Shown here: positions 54,829 through 64,000 of the stretch, piece after piece | Layout of the letters: every line of letters starts with the position of its first letter | How positions within the stretch are numbered: position 1 is the stretch's first letter | Origin: Eledone cirrhosa | Lineage: Eukaryota | Assembly: GCA_964016885.1 (NCBI GenBank) | Contig: OZ024758.1 | Span: 17,794,001 to 17,858,000, forward strand | Length of the DNA: 64,000 bases | Direction: 5' to 3' | The notes under the pieces: generated by a model | The model's database searches: none | Seen by the model: only the letters and a program-made list of their open reading frames with translations | Told to the model about the DNA's origin: nothing | Translations under genes and position numbers: made by a program

Positions 54829-55499
54829 CACACACACACATATATATTATTTATTTATTCATATTGCTTCTTTTAGTTGCCTTGTCCTACATATTACTAT
54901 CATTTACGTACGTACACACAGACCTATATATATATACACATACACAGAAATATTGATATACAATAAACATTTGCTTTAACATATATTTATAATGGCTTTT
55001 TAAACCTTTCATTATCATTCCTTTGGTGGCTTAACTGAGTAAATATGGATTTTTAGAGTTTTCTTAGACTGAATAGCAACACACACAGACACGTGTGTCG
55101 ACCCAGTATAAATGTAATCAAATAATTGAATACTTTATACAAAACAAAAATGGAATTCTGAACGAATATCCACAACAGCGTCGGGCAAGTATCCTTTGCA
55201 GCATAGAGTTTATGGCCCTTTACCATGTGATTTCAAATCCCAGCGAGGTTAACGAAGCCTTTCATACTTCCGAGGTTGATAAAATAAAGTACCAGTAATG
55301 CACTGGGGACGATTGCATCTATTATTTTCCCTCCCCAAAATTGTTGGCCTTGTGGCAATGGCGGAAATCAATATTAAATACACGACAGCTTGATAATTAG
55401 AATCGTCACCCGGATGTCAACAATGTCAATTACGAAGCAGAGGCCTTCATGCCCTTCGTCTCGGACGTGCGATCATTACTACACCAGGTACAACACTAG

Positions 55500-56140
55500 G
55501 CAATCTCTGAAGATGTCATTTTTCTCGGTTAACTGATCCTCATTCCTGACATTCGCTCTACACTCAGATCCAGGCTTCCCTAGCTAGAAACCCTGACAAG
55601 TGAACCGAACCTGAACCACACCCGTCCAAAACTCTTCCTGTTAAGGAACTGTTTCGCTATGCTGAAACATCTATAAACCTTCTGCAGTTCCCACAGCTAC
55701 AACCACGCATTTCTTCTTACTGACCTTGAACCCTGTATGTTACGAGCTGTTGAAGAGATATACAACGCCCGATTTAACGATACCAGATGGCAACAAACCA
55801 CCTTACACGTCAGAAACTAAGGCCCTGGTCGCCGCTCTCCAGTCTCACAGGCTTTGCTGGCATTTTTGTATCAAGGCTGGACCGAAGTGACGGTAAAAGG
55901 CCAAAGGGCATGACAATCTTCCTGTTACACGGTTGCAGGCCTCTTTTCTGATCCCTACTGCTACTCTATGTACAAATATGCCTACTCATTCCTCAGTTCC
56001 TTTCCGCCGGGGCTGTGAGGAGGCCAGCAAGTGATACCTCATTTGCTTGCCATACAGAGAGATGGGGAGGGCGACAGAGATGGAAGCGATGACAGTAAGA
56101 GTTCGGCTCTTCCACGTTCGGACCATATCCTTGTGGTTTG
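55500..56140 (+). pseudogene. CRE-like element: RT thumb remnant plus 3' UTR
   Basis: LFLLRNCFAMLKHL*TF...IYNARFNDTRWQQTTLHVRN*GPGRR resembles LLR.C...PKL.Y...W.QA.LP...GGLG.R; 55990-56140 matches the 3' end at 15150-15300. Confidence 0.7.
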
Positions 56141-56850
56141 TGTTCATTATCTATAGAGACCCTAACACTTGATACACTTAAAAGAGAGATACAGCTTCCC
56201 AGGTCCATGACTATAGACTTAGAGTGTAGAAATGCTTCGCCTTGACGAAATGGTTGAGTGCCAAGATTCCATTATATCCTCTCATTTAATTAAGACTTTG
56301 CCTATAGTTTTTTTAGACCAATTTGAAATTAATCAAGTATTTGAGAAGGATTTAGTAAACTAACTAAATTTATTGTCATTAAAATGATGTTTAGAGCATA
56401 TCATGGTTTGGTTTGAAAAGTGTTAAACTGAAATCTGAAGTAATATATCGCAGAATACCCAGCCGTTCCGCTTACTTAATATAATTCCAATACCATTTTT
56501 TGACAAATCTCTGAATACGTAAAATAATTTCTTTCTATACTGAGTTACATAAATCCCAATATATCCAGTAGCATGTACAAACACTCATATATACACATAT
56601 CCAAATAAAGAGAGATACACATTCATATTTACACACGCAGACACACAGTTCCAGAAACATTCTCATGTCACATATTCAAACAAATACGGACACATATATA
56701 TTTAACACAGATACACAAACATATTTAACTCAGATACACACACGTATTTACACAGAAACACAAACATATTTTCACGCACATACACACATATATGTGAATC
56801 TATATATGTGAATCTATATATGTGTAGATATATATATGTATTTATACATA

Positions 56851-56907
<57 letters not shown>

Positions 56908-57244
56908 TTATACATACATAATCATATAAATATATTCATATGTCCATATGTAGACTCATATATATATATATTTATATATACATACGTACTCATATATATA
57001 TATATGTGTATATATATATATATACAGACATACGTACACTCATATATATATATTTCTATATTTCTATATAGATTCATATATATATATATATACATATATA
57101 TATGTCTATATTTCTATATAGATTCATATATGTATATATATATATATATATACATATATATATTTCTATATTTCTATATAGATTCATATATATATATGAA
57201 TCTATATAAAAATATAGAAATATATATATATGAGTGTACGTATG

Positions 57245-57284
<40 letters not shown>

Positions 57285-57339
57285 TGTGTTCTGTTATTAA
57301 TTCTGGCAATATTACGCAAATATGACCCTCCCCAAGTAT

Positions 57340-57408
<69 letters not shown>

Positions 57409-57916
57409 TATATATATACATACATATATATATATGAATATAAACATTATATACATTCACATACAATGTCAGTCTGGTAAGACTGTTGGAATATTTCTTA
57501 AACTTATATTTGTCTATTTGTCTATTTGTCTATTCAATTTATCAACTTTATATGCTACTCCTCGACTTCAGCTTTGAATTATGTATATCTGCCAGACCGT
57601 TGATGCTTGTCTTATAATTTTCTTCTCTTATATATGTTTTCTTCTTCTGTCGTAACAGACTAGCTCTCTGTGTTGTTCTTCTTCATAATTCAATGATCTA
57701 TATAAGATCCATGACTGACAGTTTTAATTCTGGTCTCTTGTCGATCTGCCATTCAAATCATGCAAAACATTTTTTTAAAGACTAGTGACTTCTTATAAAT
57801 AATTTATATGGAAATTGTAGTCGTAAATGTCGTACATAAAGACACATATCTACACATACAAATCAATTCAAACATATTTATAGGCATATGTATATATTCA
57901 TATATATATATATATA

Positions 57917-57958
<42 letters not shown>

Positions 57959-57996
57959 CATACAAATATATCTCTTAAAAATTTTTCTCCCAATTG

Positions 57997-58049
<53 letters not shown>

Positions 58050-58170
58050 AATGTATGCATACATATATGTATGTGTGTGTATGTATATATATATTTATAT
58101 ATATATACATGCACACACATACATAAATAAATGCATACAAATATATCTTTTTCAATCTTTCGCCCAATTG

Positions 58171-58250
<80 letters not shown>

Positions 58251-58330
58251 CTAGCAATTGGGCGAAAGATTGAAAGAGATATATTTGTATGCATTCATGT
58301 ATGTGTGTATATATATATATATATACGTAC

Positions 58331-58365
<35 letters not shown>

Positions 58366-58404
58366 GTACATATTATATATATATATATATATATATATAC
58401 GTAC

Positions 58405-58468
<64 letters not shown>

Positions 58469-58472
58469 TATA

Positions 58473-58519
<47 letters not shown>

Positions 58520-59064
58520 TAAGAGACAGATAGCTAGATAGAGAGAAAGAGAGAGAGAGAGTCAGGGCCCCGGCGGCTGAGCTCTTGACGTTTCTACAGC
58601 TAGTTCCGAAATCTGTTGAAGTGGCCAGAGCTCAGCCCAGGGTCCCGTACTGTGGGAGGCCCCTCCAACGACGGCCGTAAGAATTTATTGGTGCCCTCAG
58701 CTGACCTTTTTAATTTTAGGATGGTTAGAATTTTTTAATTTAATACTTGTATGTATGACTTTTGAATTCCATTTACTTGTGCCAAGCTAATTTTGATATG
58801 TAAAATCGAGGTGGGGTGGGTGTGTGCTGTGTACTCTACATTTTTGGTGTATCAGCCCCCCCCCCCCTACCTGAAGTGTCCCGGGCCCCCAAGGTCTAAA
58901 TCTAACCCTGATCTCCCTTACACAAGCCACACATATAAGATATGTAACCGCACATGTCTGTATATGGAAGTTTCAATCAATTGCCAGTATATATGTATGT
59001 TATAAATTTTGTATCACCATACTTGTGTTTATATATAAGCATATGTATATGTTTAAAACATGTG

Positions 59065-59385
59065 TAGGCGTGTGACTATGTGGTTAGGGTATTTGGCCTA
59101 GAATCGTATGGTTGTTAGTTCGATTCCCTACGGCACGTTGTGCTCTTGAGCAAGACACATGATTTCACGTTTCTCCAGTCCACTCAGCTAGCAAATATTA
59201 GCTGTATCTGAAGTTTGAATGGCCAGCCTTGTCACATTCTGCGTCACGCTGAATCTCCCTGAGAACTACGTTAAAGGTATACGTGTCTGTGGAGTGCTCT
59301 GTCACTTGCAAGTTAATTTCACGAGCAGGCTGTTCCGTTGATCGGATCAACTGGAACACTCGTCGTCGTAACCGACGGAGTGCCT
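59065..59385 (+). mobile_element. tRNA-CORE SINE with fourth tail type (octopus OR-like by recollection)
   Basis: gttcgattcc, cttgagcaagacac CORE, tail gagaactacgttaa...gtcgtaaccgacggagtgcc; relics at ~17760-17900 and ~20800-20930. Confidence 0.75.
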
Positions 59386-59412
59386 GTGTTTTTTATGAAT
59401 TGTGTATCGCTG

Positions 59413-59448
<36 letters not shown>

Positions 59449-59510
59449 CGGCGATAAAATTTGTTTTACGAAGTTTTTGATATGAAATCGTGTGTCGAAA
59501 CAAATATTGT

Positions 59511-59885
59511 TATACTTGGGGAGGGTCATATTGTTGTAATAATATTGCCAGAATTAATAACAGAACACACTCAATATTTGGTTGGTTTTCGCTTCAGTAT
59601 CTTTTATATCAGTTAATTCATTCGGTCCTCAATGTTTATCATTGACTGACCAATGGTCAAACATACAAATATAATATAGATATAAACAAATATATATATA
59701 GTCTATATATATGTGTTTATATCTATATTATATTTGTATTTTTGACGTTGGTCAGTCAATGGTAAACATTGAGGACCGAATGAATTAACTGATATAAAAG
59801 ATACAGAAGCGAAAACCAACCAAGCAGTGAGTGTGTTCTGTTATTAATTCTGGCAATATTATTGCAACAATATGACCCTCCCCAA

Positions 59886-59890
<5 letters not shown>
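59511..59890. repeat. ~190-bp-arm inverted repeat centred on a short TA-rich tract
   Basis: tatacttggggagggtcata... versus ...tatgaccctccccaagtata; related pieces at 57281-57345 and 9640-9720. Confidence 0.9.
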
Positions 59891-59934
<44 letters not shown>

Positions 59935-59938
<4 letters not shown>

Positions 59939-60362
59939 TAATATATTAATAAATGGAAACTATATTTATAAAACCATAATTATTTTATTATTTTTATTTC
60001 AAGGGCAACCAAGGCAATTTTGGTGCGCTTTCATCAGATAAAATACAAATATGTTTTATAAATGTTGACATACCCGTATAAAAACAAACTTAACGGTTGA
60101 ATGTTCGCTGGATAGTCCTTCAACCGTCAAGGTTGTTTTTATACGGGTATGTCAACATTTATAAAACATATTTTGTATTTTATCTGATGAAAGCGCACCA
60201 AAATTGCCTTGGTTGCCCTTGAAATATATATAAAATAATTATGGTTTTATAAATATAGTTTCCATTTATTAATATATTGAATATTTACTCCAGTAATCCT
60301 TTGAGTGCTTTATAACAGTTATAAAACTTTTAAGCTTGTTGAAATCCAACAAATTAAATATA
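59935..60362. mobile_element. Family B'' fold-back hammerhead element next to (TA)n
   Basis: Arms ~59940-60103 and 60117-60279. Hammerhead at 59981-60045 (-) and 60176-60237 (+): UAUUUUAU-CUGAUGA-aagcgcaccaa aauugcc uugguugcccuu-GAAA-...UA^AUAAAAUA. Tail ACTCcagtaatcctttGAGT. Confidence 0.85.
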
Positions 60363-60549
60363 ACTTTTCCATATATACATATATAGATATAGATATATAG
60401 ATGTAGTTATATAGATTGATATAGATATAGATATATAGATATAGATATATAGATATAGATATATAGATTGATATAGATATCTATATCTATATATATGTAT
60501 ATATATATATATATATATCCATATATCTAACTGTGTTAGACGTATGTGT

Positions 60550-60624
<75 letters not shown>

Positions 60625-61142
60625 TGTTTACTCAGAAAATCCCGTGTTTTTCTTGCTTGTAGATTTTATGGTTACAGGTATTATTGGTGGAATATATTTT
60701 CCAATAACAAGAAACATGTCTGGAATTGCTCTCTGTGATGAATAAAATACAATATTAGTTTTATTTTATTTTTATATATCATATATAATCTTAAGAAATA
60801 TTTTTAATGTTTTAAATATTAAACAAAAGTTTGGGGAGATGATTTGAGCAAAGATTTATCTCATTAAGTAACAGAAGTCGTGTGAATTTGTAATCTAAGC
60901 ATATTTCATGTCATAAATATGTATGCAAAATGTGTGTATGTGAGTGTGTGTGTGCGTGTGTGTGTATGTGTGTGTGTGTGTGTGTGTGTGCATCTATGCA
61001 CGTGATTTAATATGGTTTTCTAGATTATCATGTCACTATCTTATTTTACAAAGAATATACTTGTGTATTTGTGGTATGTATGTATGTATGTATGTATGTA
61101 TGTATGTATGTATGTATGTATGTATGTATGTATGTATGTATG

Positions 61143-62310
61143 TCAGGTCACCAGTTGGTGCTACTGGTAAAATGTATCCCAGTACAACCTGTCTCATGGT
61201 CGGGTCGTTGGCGACTAAACTGGCAACCCCACCAAGGTTTCTTGGTGAGGAGGGTGACTTTGGACATCCTGCAGGACTAAAAACAAAACCTGTCAAAGGT
61301 CAAAGGATCTCTTAAGAGTCAATCCAAAATCACCGGGAGAGACGACCCCTTAGCCTTTGTCAAGCCAGAATTCTAGGAGAAGGAAAACTCTGATATAACA
61401 TGTGCAACCCTGATGGTATCCAATGATGTTGTCTTGTTCTTCTTTTTGGTAAATATCATCTTGGCAAGAGAGTGGGACTGGCTTTGTGCAGTGCCTTTGC
61501 TCACTATAAAAGCTTCACGGCACAGGAATTGCTTTGTATCTGGAGATCTCTCTGCACTTGTCGTCACATGGTACCATGGGCCCAGCACTATGTGTCAGTA
61601 ATTGTCACAAGTGTAGTGTTTGTACCAGAGTTTTCAAGTCACTGGCTGGACTAAAAAGTCACACTCGTTCAGCGCATCGGTAGGGGTTCTCCTACATGGA
61701 TATGAAGTAGTGGCCGTACTCGAAAACGAGTTGGCAGCCACCATGTATGTATGTATGTATGTATGTATGTATGTATGTATGTATGTATGTATGTATGTAT
61801 GTATGTATGAATGTATGTATGTATGTATGTATGTATCTTTGTACGAATCTATGTATGTGTATATATCTCTATATATATCTATATATATATATACATACAT
61901 GGTGGCTGCCAACTCGTTTTCGAGTACGGCCACTACTTTATATCCATGTAGGAGAACTCCTACCGATGCGCTGAACGAGTGTGACTTTTTAGTCCAGCCA
62001 GCGACTTGAAAACTCTGGTACAAACACTACACTTGTGACAATTATTGACACATAGTGCTGGGCCCTTGGTACCATGTGTCGACAAGTGCAGAGAGATCTC
62101 CAGATATAAAGCAATGCCTGTGTCGTGAAGCTTTTGAAGTGAGCAAAGGCACTGCACAAAGCCAGTCCCACTCTCTTAACCAAGATGATATTTACCAAAA
62201 AGAAGAACAAGTCAACATCATTGGATACCATCAGAGTTGTAGGTGTTATATCAGAGTTTTCCTTCTCCTAGAATTCTGCCTTGACAAAGGCTAAGGGATC
62301 ATCTCTCCCG
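61143..62310. mobile_element. Tail-to-tail pair of an RTE-related non-autonomous element in (TATG)n
   Basis: 61334-61750 is the diverged reverse complement of 61893-62310; contains ggagaaggaaaactctga (RTE 5' UTR-like by recollection); microsatellite flanks. Confidence 0.7.
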
Positions 62311-62349
62311 ACATACATACATACATACATACATACATACATACATACG

Positions 62350-62610
62350 TAACGTAAATAGATAAGCAAATGGCGCCATAAAAGGGAAATAACTCGTCTC
62401 TCATCTCTATTTATACATTTGAATTGAAAAATCATTACATTACAAATTCGATTTTTGTACTTAGCGTGGGTCGATTTGAAATTTCTTTTTACCGATGTCG
62501 CCGCCGCAATTTCTAGCAATTTCACCGAAATTTGAACGTACGGTTTAAGAGGAGATGTGCGCTGACCGTTTTAGTAGACAGACAGATGACCTCAGTTTTA
62601 TATATATAGA
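62350..62610 (-). mobile_element. Helitron-like 5' remnant
   Basis: Minus strand begins TCTATATATATAAAA...ctgtctgtc, typical of non-autonomous Helitron ends; no 3' CTAG end identified. Confidence 0.4.
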
Positions 62611-62656
62611 TATATATTTATATTTATATTCATATATATATATATATTTATAAATA

Positions 62657-62689
<33 letters not shown>

Positions 62690-63044
62690 ATATAAATAGA
62701 CATAGGTTAGGTATAATCTGTGTGACATAATGTATAAGGGACATCAAAGTTTAAAGAATACGCAAGAAGCAGCATACATATATACATACGTGTATACACT
62801 CGTGTATACACGCGTGTATACACACTAACAAGTTTCTCTGTCCATCTGGATGTGTGTAAGCATCCATGCGTAAAATAGTTACAACATATCCATGTCTAAA
62901 TGTATATATATATATATATAGAGGTAGATAGATGGATATATATGTGTGTGTGTATACGTATATATATATATATATGTGTGTGTATACGTATATATATATT
63001 TGTGTGTGTATATATATCTATATATACATATATATTTGTGTGTG

Positions 63045-63088
<44 letters not shown>

Positions 63089-63312
63089 GTGTGTATATAT
63101 CTATATACACATATATATTTGTGTGTGTATGTATATATATATATATATATATGTTGTGTGTGTATATATCTATATATACATATATATTTGTATGTGTATG
63201 TATATATATATATATATATATATACAGAGAGAGAGAGATACATGATTGTACATATACATATCAGATAATGTGCATGTTCCATGTTTTGGCGTGCTTCCGT
63301 GTTTGCTTCCTC

Positions 63313-63376
<64 letters not shown>

Positions 63377-63697
63377 TGTGTGTGAAAGAGGGAGAGAGAG
63401 TGTATGTTTACATATCAGATACAAATGCCTACGGATGCCCTCCCCAATGTCCACATATACACACACACACACGCAATACTTGGCCTCTCACATACGTCAT
63501 TTGAACAAATGCGCTTGTAGAAGTGCGTGCTTAGTAGCAAATGTTTGAAGTAAAGATTCCTGTTTGTTTCGACGGCTTTGATGTCTGAAGTTCGTTGAAA
63601 GCAATATAGCGAATGGCCGATATGGAGTCCAAAAGGAAATTGATGCTACTTCTCACGCTGTGATAATATCATATGTACATAAATTAAGCATATATAC

Positions 63698-63774
<77 letters not shown>

Positions 63775-63822
63775 CATACTTACAATATATATATATACAT
63801 ATGTATATATATATATATACTT

Positions 63823-63868
<46 letters not shown>

Positions 63869-63889
63869 CTTACAATATATATATATATA

Positions 63890-63960
63890 TGTGAACAAGT
63901 AGGACCCCGACGGCCGAGCTCAAGCCGTTTCGACGACTAATACTGGACTAATTCTGACTA
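63890..63960 (-). mobile_element. Family C hammerhead remnant in (TA)n
   Basis: Minus strand gtcGAAAcggcttgagctcggccGTCggggtcc. Confidence 0.7.
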
Positions 63961-64000
63961 TATATATATATATATATATTTAAGTATATATATATATATA

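Overview
Eukaryotic, very AT-rich intronic or intergenic DNA dense in microsatellites ((TA)n, (CA)n, (CTT)n, (GTT)n, (TATG)n). The SINE content suggests a cephalopod, probably octopus (inference). I cannot support any host protein-coding exon; nearly all listed ORFs are microsatellite read-throughs. The window contains about 25 copies or fragments of a ~190 bp tRNA-derived SINE, about 12 tRNA+CORE SINEs with interchangeable tails, decayed RTE, CR1 and CRE-type LINE fragments, and piggyBac- and hAT-like MITEs. The main signal is a set of several divergent families of short, mostly (TA)n-embedded, fold-back (inverted-repeat) elements. They carry type I hammerhead ribozyme motifs (CUGANGA...GAAA...UH, often with a palindromic helix III), and several share a downstream ACTC-loop-GAGT stem. 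One is joined to a Penelope-like GIY-YIG endonuclease C-terminal remnant, pointing to Penelope-derived, retrozyme-like non-autonomous elements. There are also many ribozyme-free fold-backs centred on microsatellites and a multi-source templated insertion. All coordinates were read by eye, and repeat boundaries are approximate.
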